NCBI GenBank assembly: GCA_965649265.1 | Contig: CBFGKC010000003.1 | Coordinates: forward strand, 151,217-215,216 | Source: a candidate division WOR-3 bacterium | GTDB lineage: Bacteria; Hydrothermota; Tepidihabitantia; B3-TA06 | Direction: 5' to 3' | DNA: 64,000 nt | In this document: piece after piece, positions 1-9,635 of the stretch | Numbering within the stretch: the stretch's first letter is position 1 | Layout: the number at the start of each line of letters is the position of its first letter | Program-made: the position numbers and the translations under genes | The notes under the pieces: model-generated | The model's database searches: none | What the model saw: only the letters and a program-made list of their open reading frames with translations | Told to the model about the DNA's origin: nothing

Positions 1-219
1 CTGGTCGGCGGAGTAGAATCGCACGATATTCGGGTGTGTGAGAGAGGCTAGAAGACGGGCCTCATCCCGCAGCATCTGGACATCCTGGGGTCGCATGCGT
101 GAGACCTTGAGTGCAAACTCTAATTCCAGAATCGTATCCTGCGCGAGGTAAACGTCACCGAACTGGCCGCCGCCCAGCCAGCGGATGATGCGGTACTTGC
201 CTAAAGTCTGTCTGATCAA
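1..219 (-). CDS. Ser/Thr protein kinase, N-terminal part (runs off the window)
   Basis: Manual translation from TTG at 219 (overlaps upstream TGA): IRQTLGKYRIIRWLGGGQFGDVYLAQD...FALKV...EARLLASLTHPNIVRFY, i.e. Gly loop, VAIK-type Lys and HPNIV of Hanks kinases. Confidence 0.9.
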   Translation of the reverse strand, partial: MIRQTLGKYRIIRWLGGGQFGDVYLAQDTILELEFALKVSRMRPQDVQMLRDEARLLASLTHPNIVRFYSADQ

Positions 220-1133
220 TTCCCTGCCGGAAAGAAGGAAGCCTGAAGGATCTCGGAGTTCCTTGCAAGGGCGCGTCCGACGAATCTTGAGTCTTCGAAA
301 CGCAGCTCCCGGCCTGCGGAGACGCCCGGATACAGGGACGGCTCGAGGCTTCCGATTCTTGAGATGATACGTTTGAGCGCCTTCGTATCCAGGGGCCTGG
401 AGCCGGTTCCCGGTCCCCGGGCATCGAGAGAGTAACCGGCGAGGAGCCGCGATGAGAGTTTGGAGAAGAAGGCCGGGCCGGCAGCGTATTCCACACCTAA
501 AAGGTCCCTGTCCCTCGTAACGATCATCCCCCTTGCATTGGCGAGCACCGCTGGATCGAGAACGAACCTGTCTGAATCCTGATTCATGGTCGCAGCAAGA
601 TCGTGGAATGAAGATGTTATCGATTTAACCTTATGGGTGGTCAGTATCCTTGATACCTCGTCCCAAACCCTTCTCTGGGGAGCTTTGAAACCCCGCTCGT
701 GCCTGAGTGAATCGTTGACGCCCCGGCACAGAATCGAACGCAGCCTGGGGTTAGTGCTCCCAAGGCTCCCCTCGAAATTTCCTGCACCCTCCCAGCGTCC
801 CTCCTCAACGCACGCGACAGGCATGCTAGCGCGCGTCCCGGCCTCTATCAATGCAGCGGTCGTCGATACCCTCGTCTGGCGAGCGCCGAATATCTCGTCG
901 CCGTCAAGAAGAAAAAGCGGGTCGGTTCCCATGTTGTCAATGGCGACCTCGTCAACCTGCGGCATCTGGAGCTCGCTGACCGACACGGTACCGTTCCCCA
1001 TGCCTTCTTCGAGCGTCAACGGATTAAAGGGCGCCTCTCGCTCGCCGTCCAGCAAAGGGTAAACGACGAGGCTGCGAACAAAGAGCGGCTCATCGATCCT
1101 CAAATTCTCGAGCACGTCTCCGATTCCTTTCAT
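216..1133 (-). CDS. ARPP-1 / DUF6569-like domain protein
   Basis: LFLLDGDEIFGARQTR...PVACVEEGRW...QRRVW motifs resemble ARPP-1 family; ATG at 1133 directly after the rimI stop. Confidence 0.7.
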   Translation of the reverse strand: MKGIGDVLENLRIDEPLFVRSLVVYPLLDGEREAPFNPLTLEEGMGNGTVSVSELQMPQVDEVAIDNMGTDPLFLLDGDEIFGARQTRVSTTAALIEAGTRASMPVACVEEGRWEGAGNFEGSLGSTNPRLRSILCRGVNDSLRHERGFKAPQRRVWDEVSRILTTHKVKSITSSFHDLAATMNQDSDRFVLDPAVLANARGMIVTRDRDLLGVEYAAGPAFFSKLSSRLLAGYSLDARGPGTGSRPLDTKALKRIISRIGSLEPSLYPGVSAGRELRFEDSRFVGRALARNSEILQASFFPAGN

Positions 1134-1134
1134 G

Positions 1135-1695
1135 CTAGGCCTTCTTTCCCTCATTTCCCTTCTCGCCCGTCCCCCCGCTGGGGGACTCGCCCTCTGCGCC
1201 GGGACAGGCCTTGTCGTCTTTTTCGACAATTGCGAAGGAGTCGTCGAGAACGAGCGCCATCTCGTATGCGTCCGATGAATCCTCGTAGTAGCGTGAACGC
1301 ATCCTGAGAATCCTGAAGCCGAACTTCTCGTAGAGCCTTATAGCCGCAAGATTAGTCGTTCTCACCTCGAGATAGACGTACTTGACGCCCGTCGCTCTTG
1401 AACGCTCAAGGATCACCTCGATGAGCATGGTAGCAAGGCCTCTGCGCCTTGCCTTCTTGTTCACGGCGACATTGACTATGTGCATCTCGTCGGCTACCGT
1501 TCTTGCAAAGATATAACCATCAAGCTTGCCGCCCCCTCCCCCCTCTTCGACCACGAGCGAAATGGAATGGCCAAGTTCGAGTTCCTCCTGTAGCATGCGC
1601 ATCGACCAGGGCGAAGGAAACGAGCCTTGCTCTATCTCGAAAACCCCGGCGAGATCGGAGCTAGACATTCGTCTTATCTTTGGGGTGTCTTGCAT
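1135..1695 (-). CDS. rimI: ribosomal-protein-alanine N-acetyltransferase RimI
   Basis: IRRM..DL..V.EIE..SF..PWS, NVAV....RRRGLA, LEVR.TN..AI.LYEKFGF, RYYED; follows tsaB; start uncertain (1695 or 1668). Confidence 0.9.
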   Translation of the reverse strand: MQDTPKIRRMSSSDLAGVFEIEQGSFPSPWSMRMLQEELELGHSISLVVEEGGGGGKLDGYIFARTVADEMHIVNVAVNKKARRRGLATMLIEVILERSRATGVKYVYLEVRTTNLAAIRLYEKFGFRILRMRSRYYEDSSDAYEMALVLDDSFAIVEKDDKACPGAEGESPSGGTGEKGNEGKKA

Positions 1696-2344
1696 CGGGT
1701 TTCCGCAGGTAGAAAGGTTCAAGCGGCTCGGGATCGACGGATTCGTCCCGCATCGCCCAGGCGAGCGCGGCGAGCGCCCGTGCAGAAGGCGCGGCGGCGT
1801 GATTTTCGAGTTTTATCAGCCTTTTTCCGAGAGCGGCCTCGATCTCGCTCGAGTATTTGACGAAGCCCGGACCGAAAACGGCCAGGTTCCCTTCGTGGCC
1901 GGCGAGCGCGGCGATCTCCGACGGAGCAACGATGACGGGTCCTGCCAATCTGTCCCCGCCCCTGTAAAGGGCGGCAAAGACCTCGCCCTTGTAGGCGTCC
2001 ATGAGCGGGATTCTCAGACCCTCGACATCAAAACCGACGCTTGCGTTCAGGACGTCGAGCGTCATGACCGGCACTATCCGCAGGTTCCTTGCGAACGCAA
2101 TACCCTTTGCGGTCAATAGACCGATCCGCAAGGCAGTGAACGATCCCGGTCCTATCGAAACGGCAAGAAGACCCAGGTCTTCAACTTTTCTTGCCGCTTC
2201 GCTCAGTACTTGCTCTATGAGTCCCGGAAGCACCTCGTTGTGGGTGGAACGGCTCTCGGCGTTCCGCTCGGTGACAACTTTTCCATCCTCCAGAACGGCC
2301 ACGCCTGTCCACTGCGAAGAGGTCTCGATTGCCAGTAACGTCAT
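1661..2344 (-). CDS. tsaB: t6A37 threonylcarbamoyltransferase subunit TsaB
   Basis: LLAIETS...H...L, AVSIGPGSFTALRIG, MDA..GEVF, LEPFYLR. Confidence 0.95.
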   Translation of the reverse strand: MTLLAIETSSQWTGVAVLEDGKVVTERNAESRSTHNEVLPGLIEQVLSEAARKVEDLGLLAVSIGPGSFTALRIGLLTAKGIAFARNLRIVPVMTLDVLNASVGFDVEGLRIPLMDAYKGEVFAALYRGGDRLAGPVIVAPSEIAALAGHEGNLAVFGPGFVKYSSEIEAALGKRLIKLENHAAAPSARALAALAWAMRDESVDPEPLEPFYLRKPDARHPKDKTNV

Positions 2345-2772
2345 GACATGCGTTCCTCTAAGGGACCTCTAATCTCGATAACCCTCTCGTCATCCTTACC
2401 GTCGACAAAGCGAATCTCTATCTTACTCGGTACACCGGGAAACCAGGTCGAGCGCTCGGCCCATTCGACGAGCATTATGCCGCCCGGGTCAAAAATCTCC
2501 CCCAGATGAAGCGAATCCACCGCTCCGGGTTCGAGCCTGTATAGATCCACGTGTTTCACGCGGGGAGTCGTCTCATACGTCCTTGCGATAATAAACGACG
2601 GGCTTTGCACGCGCCCCGAAAAACCCAGCCCCGAGAGTATGCCCTGAATGAGGGTCGTCTTGCCGCTTCCGAGATCTCCGTAAAGTGCCACTACGTCGCC
2701 GGGCACAAGTACCCTCGCGATTTTCGCGCCAAGCGCCCTGGTCTCATCCCCGGTGTGCGTGACGTGCTCCAT
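2341..2772 (-). CDS. tsaE: t6A37 biosynthesis ATPase TsaE
   Basis: GDLGSGKTT, SPSF, HVDLYRL, VEW motifs. Confidence 0.95.
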   Translation of the reverse strand: MEHVTHTGDETRALGAKIARVLVPGDVVALYGDLGSGKTTLIQGILSGLGFSGRVQSPSFIIARTYETTPRVKHVDLYRLEPGAVDSLHLGEIFDPGGIMLVEWAERSTWFPGVPSKIEIRFVDGKDDERVIEIRGPLEERMS

Positions 2773-2775
2773 CCA

Positions 2776-3540
2776 TTATCCCTTTTCTTCGAGTTTGTTC
2801 AAACGGTAAAGATGCCAGCATCCCTTGAGTGTGAGGTCGCGGTCGATGATTCCAATAGCCGAAGAGAGCGGTGCAAAGCGCTCGGCAAGCCCTCCTGTCG
2901 CGACGAAGGTGAAATCGATCTTCGTTTCTTTTCGCACGGCCGTCCGGGAAGCTTCTATAAAGCCGATGGTCAGAAGATAGAATCCCGACTGCATGCACTC
3001 TTCAGTGGAACGTCCAATGTAACGGGTGGGTTTCGCAAGCTCTATCTCGGGAAGCCTTGCGGTTGAAGACACCAGATGATGAAGGCTTTCGTCGAGTCCC
3101 GGGGCTATGATCCCACCGAGATACTTTCCGTCGCTGGTCACGAAATCTATCGTCGTCGCCGTTCCGAAATCCACGACAGCCACATCCTTCCCGTACTCGT
3201 AGTAAGCCGCCACGGCGTTGGCTATCCTGTCAGGACCTAGATTGGACAATGTTTTGTAATTGAGTTCGATACCCGTGACTATATAGGGTGAGACAACGAG
3301 CGGATGGCCGAGATTCATTCTCTGGCGGAACATGGATACGAACTTGGGCGTCAGGGATGGGACGACGGAACAAACGACGGCGTCGCGAGGTTCGCTCATG
3401 CCTAGCGTCTTCAGGTACACGTAAAGCTCGTCTGGTGTTCTTGTCTCCTCCGTCGTTATTCGAGTCACCGAAAGGATTTTTCCGCCCTCGGCCGTCGCTA
3501 TCTTAGTCGATGTGTTCCCTATATCTACGAGAATGATCAT
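2776..3540 (-). CDS. coaX: type III pantothenate kinase
   Basis: DIGNT, SVVP, LGPDR, VDFGTATT, GGIIAPG, ATGG. Confidence 0.95.
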   Translation of the reverse strand: MIILVDIGNTSTKIATAEGGKILSVTRITTEETRTPDELYVYLKTLGMSEPRDAVVCSVVPSLTPKFVSMFRQRMNLGHPLVVSPYIVTGIELNYKTLSNLGPDRIANAVAAYYEYGKDVAVVDFGTATTIDFVTSDGKYLGGIIAPGLDESLHHLVSSTARLPEIELAKPTRYIGRSTEECMQSGFYLLTIGFIEASRTAVRKETKIDFTFVATGGLAERFAPLSSAIGIIDRDLTLKGCWHLYRLNKLEEKG

Positions 3541-4274
3541 TCGAGCCCCATTATGTGCGACAGGGAGAGTTCTAGTTTTTCTCCCCCGCTGGTTTCAATA
3601 AAGCCGTTTCCTTCCACGCTCATATCGTAAAGTCTCCCTGTCAGTATCTCCTCTTTCCGGTAAAAACGGACAGGTTGATCCGAGCGAATCAACGCATCCC
3701 TGATCTCCGCGTGAAAGCCGGAAAACCCCTCCGCTTTCAAACGATTTACACCGTCCATCACGCACGAGGTGAGTATTCTGAGAACGTTCCCCAGATCAAA
3801 CAACCTGCCGGTCAACATGAACAAGGACGTCGCCGGAACGGAGAAATCACCCGAAAGCCACGATTGATTGACATTTACGCCGACGCCTATCCCTATGACA
3901 TTCTCGTCGGAAAATTTCCAGGCCTCGGCGAGAATTCCAGCCAGTTTAGAGTGACCGAAAAGAATATCGTTCGGCCACTTCAGCGAGAGTCCATCCACCA
4001 ATCCCGAAAGCTCGTTCATCACGAGATAAGCGCTTACCAGCGGCAAAGCCCAACTTTCCTTGATCTTGCGAACGACGAGAGTGAAATAGAGTCCGCCGTC
4101 GGGGGATAACCAGGTTCTGCCTAACCTCCCCCTCCCCTCGAGCTGCCTTTTGGCCCACACGAGGTAGGGCGGTTTTGCCTTTATCTCGCGGGCGGCATCC
4201 TGCGTAGAGGATAGTTCCTCACGATAGTGGACCAGGGTGAGTTCAAGCGTATTTTTCAGCACCTCATTGATCAT
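3537..4274 (-). CDS. birA: biotin--[acetyl-CoA-carboxylase] ligase
   Basis: SSTQ, Q..GRGRLGRTW.SP.GGLY, KWPNDI, KLAGIL, GIGVGVNV; ATG at 4274 overlaps upstream TGA (ATGA). Confidence 0.92.
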   Translation of the reverse strand: MINEVLKNTLELTLVHYREELSSTQDAAREIKAKPPYLVWAKRQLEGRGRLGRTWLSPDGGLYFTLVVRKIKESWALPLVSAYLVMNELSGLVDGLSLKWPNDILFGHSKLAGILAEAWKFSDENVIGIGVGVNVNQSWLSGDFSVPATSLFMLTGRLFDLGNVLRILTSCVMDGVNRLKAEGFSGFHAEIRDALIRSDQPVRFYRKEEILTGRLYDMSVEGNGFIETSGGEKLELSLSHIMGLE

Positions 4275-5464
4275 TTCTTCTCGAGTATCGCCAGGGGCAT
4301 GTGAAGCAAAACGTACGTGTGATTGTGCGGACTCCTGAAGGTATATTCGGGATAATCGTTCATCTCGATTCCTTCCTTGATTGAAAGCATCATGCCCGAT
4401 TCCAGGCGCAGTTCGAGATTGAAAAGCAGTCGCGCCTGGTTGTATCCCGCAGGCCCCTTCCATGGTTCAAGTATGGTAGTGTCGTTGTTGTATCGAGTCC
4501 GTTTTGACTGCTGGTATCCGGCTTCGACAAAAAGAAAGTCCAGGGGCTGCCAGCTTGCGAGGGCTGAAAAAACGTCCGTATCATTCCTGTAAGTTACCGA
4601 ATCCATATCTCTCGAGATGTTCTGAAATCTATACTCGGTCCGGAGTTCAAGGCGCTCAGTCGGCCATACAGATATAAAAGGCTCGGCCCAGAAGTATCTC
4701 AGGGTATCGAAAACGACGACACCCTGGTCGGGCCAGCGGATTTCAGAGCGTTCAAGCATTGCCTCAAAACGCGTTCCGAGCCACACCCTTTCTACAGGTT
4801 TGATTTCAATCCTTCCCCAGGCCTTGCTCTTGTCGTATTTCTTTTCCCACACGTACTGAACGCTGTCAGGCCAGTCGAGATACTGGTCGGCCTGCGTGCC
4901 GAGCTCACCGTGGAATCTTAAACGCAGCCAATCCCGTTCGCCCCTGGCGTCGAGCTCGAATTTCAATGGAATTTTCCTGAAAGGGTCCCTTGTCGGGCCG
5001 GGCAGGGTATACATGAGACTGAAACCGTGATCGAACCGCTGCATCATGCAGTAAAAGGCAATCCAATCGGTATTCTCTCTTCTCCAGGATATGCCGGCAC
5101 CAAGCTCATTATAATTCTTCTGGTAATACGGCGAAATCGCCAGATGAGTATAAAGGTTCGGAACGATCATCATTGTCGGCTCGAAACGGTGCTCGGTAAG
5201 TGTGTCGTCATAGTTGCGATGCATTTGAAACTGGTAGCGCAAGCTGAAACGCTTGTTGAAGGCGGCTTCGGTTTTCAATTCATATAACTGGTACCACCCC
5301 GAATGATCGAGGCAGCCCTGGGAAGTTCTGAATGCGGTGGTCGAACGTTCATACACCCACTCCCAGTATCTCGAAAACTGTGCGATGTTTACGTCCATGC
5401 CTCCGTAAATGTTTGTGTCCCCGGGCATGACGTATGCCAGTAATCCGAGCAGAAGTAAACCCAT
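4271..5464 (-). CDS. hypothetical exported protein, probable outer-membrane beta-barrel
   Basis: Hydrophobic N-terminus; alternating aromatic/polar beta-strand pattern; first gene of the operon behind a TTGACT-N16-TAAAGT promoter. Confidence 0.6.
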   Translation of the reverse strand: MGLLLLGLLAYVMPGDTNIYGGMDVNIAQFSRYWEWVYERSTTAFRTSQGCLDHSGWYQLYELKTEAAFNKRFSLRYQFQMHRNYDDTLTEHRFEPTMMIVPNLYTHLAISPYYQKNYNELGAGISWRRENTDWIAFYCMMQRFDHGFSLMYTLPGPTRDPFRKIPLKFELDARGERDWLRLRFHGELGTQADQYLDWPDSVQYVWEKKYDKSKAWGRIEIKPVERVWLGTRFEAMLERSEIRWPDQGVVVFDTLRYFWAEPFISVWPTERLELRTEYRFQNISRDMDSVTYRNDTDVFSALASWQPLDFLFVEAGYQQSKRTRYNNDTTILEPWKGPAGYNQARLLFNLELRLESGMMLSIKEGIEMNDYPEYTFRSPHNHTYVLLHMPLAILEKK

Positions 5465-5600
5465 AATTCATACTTTAGCCGTGCCGCAAAAAAAGTCAAT
5501 CTTAGGTGGATGAGAGGACTAACATCTTTCCGGCAACTCACCCCCTCACCCTTTCTGTTCCCCTTTATCCTCCGGGAAAAACAAGCCGTTACATAAAACG

Positions 5601-8015
5601 TTACTTGCCGGACTTTCCTTTCTTGCCCGAGAGTGCGGCGTTCATCTGGGCCAGACGTTTTGCCACCTTTTCGAAGACCTTTGTTGAAGGAAGCCCGGTA
5701 AGTATCTCTATGCCTTCTTCTATTTTTCCCACCGCGTAAATGTGGAAGGAACCTTTCTTTACGGCCTCAACCACTTCGTCGCGAAGCATGAGGTTGGCGA
5801 GATTTGTCTCCGGGATCATGACACCCTGGCTGCCCGAGAGACCCTTTGCCTTGCAGAGGCTGAAAAATCCCTCTATCTTCTCATTCACGCCGCCGATGGG
5901 CTGCACTACGCCAAGCTGGTTTACCGAGCCTGTGACCGCGATGCTTTGCGTCAGGGGTACGTCTGCCAGGCTTGAGAGGAGTGAGTAGAGCTCGGCAGAG
6001 GAGGCGGAATCACCCTCAACCTCGTCGTAAAGCTGTTCGAAAGTCAGGCTTGCCGATAGGGGAAGGGGGTAGTCGCGCGCGAATTTGCCGCCGAGAAAAC
6101 CGGAGATGATAAGAACACCCTTGTTGTGAATGGGACCGGCCATGCGAGTCTCGCGTTCAATCTGCATGACGCCCGACCGGCCGAGCCACGTGCGCGCCGT
6201 TATCTTCACGGGTTTGCCGAAAGAATAATCACCCAGGGACATTACCGTGAGACCGTTTATCTCGCCGACCTTCTCGCCAGACACATCGATGATTATGGTC
6301 CCGCGGAGAATGAAATCTTCCAGCTTCTCTTCGATCATGCGACTGCGGTAGGTTTTCTCTTCAAGCGCCTTGCGGACGTGCTCAGCCCGGACCGTAGGCG
6401 AGTTGGCGTCCATGGCCCAGAAGCTGGCCTCGCTTGCGAGATCTGAGATGTGCAAGAAAAGGGTAGAGAGAAGTTTCTGATCCTCTGCAAGCCTTGAGCC
6501 GTATTCGATTACCTTGGCGAGGGCTTTCCTGTCGAACTCCCTCAAGCCGTCTTCGCGGCATCGGGCGGCCACGAATCGGGCGTAAGATATCTCGTTCTCG
6601 GTCGTTCGAGACATGGTTACGTCGAAGTCCGCCCTGATCTTGAAAAGCCTGCGGAAATCTTCGTCCAGTTCGTGGAGCATGCCGTAAATTTGCGGTGCGC
6701 CGATTAATATAACTTTGAAATCGACCGGGATCGGCGAAGGTCTGAGGGTTTCTATTATGGCTCCTCGAACAACCTTCTCGGAAATGTTTTCGATCTTGGC
6801 TTCTTTTGAAAGCAGTGTGCGTTTCAAGGCTTCCCACGCGAATGGATCGGTCAGTAGCTCACGGGCAGGAATAATGAGATAGCCGCCGTTTGCGCGGTGT
6901 ATGGAACCAGGCTTTATTTTGGAGAAATCGGTCACCATGTTGCCGGCCACATTGCGGTATTCAATCGCACCGAAGAGGTTGTAATAGTTCGGGTTATCCT
7001 CGTACACCACCGGTGAACCTTCCCTGCCGGAATTATCAACGAAGACGTTGACGTGGTAGCGCTCAAGAAGCGCCTTCAGGTGAGCCTGGGCATCGCCGTC
7101 TTCCTCCTGTTTCTTGAAAAGCTCTATGTGCCGGACGATATCTCGCTTCACCCAATTCAGATACTTGCTGAGTCTGGTCTCGTTCTTGTGTGTCTCCATG
7201 AGGGGGTCCAGGAGCTTGCCGAGGACGTAGTATGAAACCTTGCGGTCATAGTCAAGCAGGGCTTCAGCTTCAGCTTCTTCGATGCGTCTGATCTCGCCAA
7301 GCATGTCTTCCGTAATCTGGGTAAGCTCCTGGCCTGTCTGGCGAATCTTTTCCTGCTCTTCAGCGGAAAGGGCCTGGAATTCCTGCTGCTCGAGGGGTCT
7401 GCCGTCCTTCAAAGGCAATGGGACAAGCCCTGTGGGAGCACGTTGGATTCCGAATCCGCGCTTCAGTGCCTCGACGTTGAGGGCCTTGAACTGCTCCTCT
7501 TTTTTTGCCTCGAAGTCCTTGGTGACCGTGTTGCGCTCCGTCGCGTATTCTTCGCTTGCAAAGACCTGCGGAATTTCCTCCCGGCACGACTTTACGAAAT
7601 TATCCATCGCCGTGGCGAGCTGTTTTGCCACACCCGTTTTGAGACCTATGGATAGAGGTTCACCGGGATTCTCGAAGTTGTAGACGTATACCCAGTCAAG
7701 AGCGTTTTTTTCGTCTCTCGCTCGCTTGCGCACGATTGACATGACCGTGGTCATCTTGCCCGTTCCAATAGGTCCAGAAACGTAACAGTTGAAACCGCCC
7801 GTGCCGTGCGCGAGGGCGAAGTTTATCGAGCGCACGCCGCGTTCCTGACCTATCGTGCCTTCAAGCGGTTCAAATCCACTGGTAGTCTCGGACGGAAACT
7901 TTGCCGGGTTCATGATGCGTGAAAGATTTTCAGGTGAAACACGCCTTTTTTCCTTCAATGAAATCGCCTTTGTAACAGTCCCCTTCTTTTTATCTCCAGA
8001 TGTCTTTTTCTTCAT
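5601..8015 (-). CDS. Lon-like ATP-dependent protease (AAA_32 + Lon_C; LonB/LonC type)
   Basis: Walker A GPIGTGKMT, HRANGGYL, catalytic Ser in EGDSASSAE and Lys in IGGVNEKIEG. Confidence 0.92.
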   Translation of the reverse strand: MKKKTSGDKKKGTVTKAISLKEKRRVSPENLSRIMNPAKFPSETTSGFEPLEGTIGQERGVRSINFALAHGTGGFNCYVSGPIGTGKMTTVMSIVRKRARDEKNALDWVYVYNFENPGEPLSIGLKTGVAKQLATAMDNFVKSCREEIPQVFASEEYATERNTVTKDFEAKKEEQFKALNVEALKRGFGIQRAPTGLVPLPLKDGRPLEQQEFQALSAEEQEKIRQTGQELTQITEDMLGEIRRIEEAEAEALLDYDRKVSYYVLGKLLDPLMETHKNETRLSKYLNWVKRDIVRHIELFKKQEEDGDAQAHLKALLERYHVNVFVDNSGREGSPVVYEDNPNYYNLFGAIEYRNVAGNMVTDFSKIKPGSIHRANGGYLIIPARELLTDPFAWEALKRTLLSKEAKIENISEKVVRGAIIETLRPSPIPVDFKVILIGAPQIYGMLHELDEDFRRLFKIRADFDVTMSRTTENEISYARFVAARCREDGLREFDRKALAKVIEYGSRLAEDQKLLSTLFLHISDLASEASFWAMDANSPTVRAEHVRKALEEKTYRSRMIEEKLEDFILRGTIIIDVSGEKVGEINGLTVMSLGDYSFGKPVKITARTWLGRSGVMQIERETRMAGPIHNKGVLIISGFLGGKFARDYPLPLSASLTFEQLYDEVEGDSASSAELYSLLSSLADVPLTQSIAVTGSVNQLGVVQPIGGVNEKIEGFFSLCKAKGLSGSQGVMIPETNLANLMLRDEVVEAVKKGSFHIYAVGKIEEGIEILTGLPSTKVFEKVAKRLAQMNAALSGKKGKSGK

Positions 8016-8114
8016 GAACTAGTATAAGAATGTCTTGCCGGGTTGTCAAATCAGTGAAAAGTAACGCCCAGGGCGGTCAGGATTAATTGAAAGTTGCCTG
8101 ATCCCGATCCCGGA

Positions 8115-8534
8115 TCAGTGAACGACAAGGACAGGACAGCCTGCGTTGTCAAGCACGCGCAGCGATGTGCTTCCGAGGGCTTTAACCTCTTTGGCGTGAA
8201 GACCACGGGAGCCTATCACGACAAGATCGAACGCTTCGTCCCTGACAATCCTCAAGATGGCTTCATCAGGTCTTTCATCGAAGACAAGCCTCTCGGACGG
8301 CTCAATGCCTGACCCCTCGAATAATCTTGCCGCCGCATCAAGAATCTTTCGACCGTCCTCGTGCAGGGCGTCCTTGACCTCAGGGTTAATGTCCACCGAA
8401 TACATCTCGGGGATGTAGGCGGCGTACACAAGCGTTAATCCCGAATTCATGCATTGCGCCATATCCCGCGCCATCCTTACGGCACGGAGTGAATTTTCAG
8501 AACCGTCCACGGCCACGAGAATCTTTTTAAACAT
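8115..8534 (-). CDS. universal stress protein
   Basis: KKILVAVDGSENS, DLVVIGSRG, LGSTS..V....CPVLVV. Confidence 0.95.
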   Translation of the reverse strand: MFKKILVAVDGSENSLRAVRMARDMAQCMNSGLTLVYAAYIPEMYSVDINPEVKDALHEDGRKILDAAARLFEGSGIEPSERLVFDERPDEAILRIVRDEAFDLVVIGSRGLHAKEVKALGSTSLRVLDNAGCPVLVVH

Positions 8535-8564
8535 AAAGAATCCTATCCGGATTTACACCACAAG

Positions 8565-9563
8565 TCAAGAGCATCTAAGTACCGCGCCTCCCCGGATTCT
8601 GCTCTCCTTGACCGCCATAAGCGCCGCGTTTGCATCGTCCAGATCAAACAGCGACACCTCGGTTCTCAGAGGGATGCGGCCAGCGTAATCCAGAAGTTCC
8701 CTTACATCCCGGTGCGTGCTGTTGGCGACCGAGCGAAGGGTGCGCTCCCCGTAAATCGTCTCGTATCTCATCTTCGGGATATCCGTCATCGTTATTCCTG
8801 CAAGCGCCAGTGTTCCGCCCGGTTTAAGGTGCTCGAGCGCCGCAGGAACAAGAGGACCCGAAGGCGCGAAGATTATCCCCGCATCCAGGAGGGTGGGGGG
8901 GACCTCCTCCGCGCTTCCCGTCCATTCGGCACCGAGAGTCCTTGCGAGCTCAAGATTTTCCCTGGTTCTTGAGAATACAAAGACCCTTATTCCAAGGAAC
9001 CGCGCAACCTGTATCGTGACGTGCGCGGAGTTGCCGAATCCGTAAAGCCCGAGCACGTCACCCCTGCCCGCTCCGGAAAGCACGAGAGAACGGTAGCCTA
9101 TGACACCGCCGCACATGAGGGGCGCGGCTTCGGCATCCCCTAACCCGGAAGGCAGCGGATAAGCGGAATCCTCCGGAACCACCACGTATCCGGCGTATCC
9201 TCCGTCGACGTGGAAGCCCGTGAATCTCGCGTTCGTGCAGAGATTCTCTTTTCCCTTCATGCAAAACTCGCACTTCCCGCACGTTTCGTATAGCCAGGGC
9301 ACTCCGACTCGCCGGCCTGTTATATCCTTGCGAACCCCTTCTCCCGGCTCGTCCACCACCCCTACAATCTCGTGTCCCGGAACGAGGGGAAGCCTTGGCA
9401 AGACAAGATCCCCCTCCACGATGTGAAGATCGGTGTGACATACCCCGCATACGGAAATCTTGATCCTGACCTGTCCCGGGCCGGGTTCCGGCTCCGGCAA
9501 CTCGACCATCTTCAGCGGGCACTTGTCCACGGCCGCTGCCTTCTCCAAAAGCATTGCCTTCAT
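8565..9563 (-). CDS. zinc-dependent alcohol dehydrogenase (AdhP-like)
   Basis: CGVCHTD, GHE, CGKCEFC.......C structural Zn site, GLYGFG. Confidence 0.95.
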   Translation of the reverse strand: MKAMLLEKAAAVDKCPLKMVELPEPEPGPGQVRIKISVCGVCHTDLHIVEGDLVLPRLPLVPGHEIVGVVDEPGEGVRKDITGRRVGVPWLYETCGKCEFCMKGKENLCTNARFTGFHVDGGYAGYVVVPEDSAYPLPSGLGDAEAAPLMCGGVIGYRSLVLSGAGRGDVLGLYGFGNSAHVTIQVARFLGIRVFVFSRTRENLELARTLGAEWTGSAEEVPPTLLDAGIIFAPSGPLVPAALEHLKPGGTLALAGITMTDIPKMRYETIYGERTLRSVANSTHRDVRELLDYAGRIPLRTEVSLFDLDDANAALMAVKESRIRGGAVLRCS

Positions 9564-9635
9564 ATCATCCTAGGATAAATCCATAATCAACAAAGTCAAG
9601 CTTGACATCACCTGTCATTATCCTAGACTCAACCA

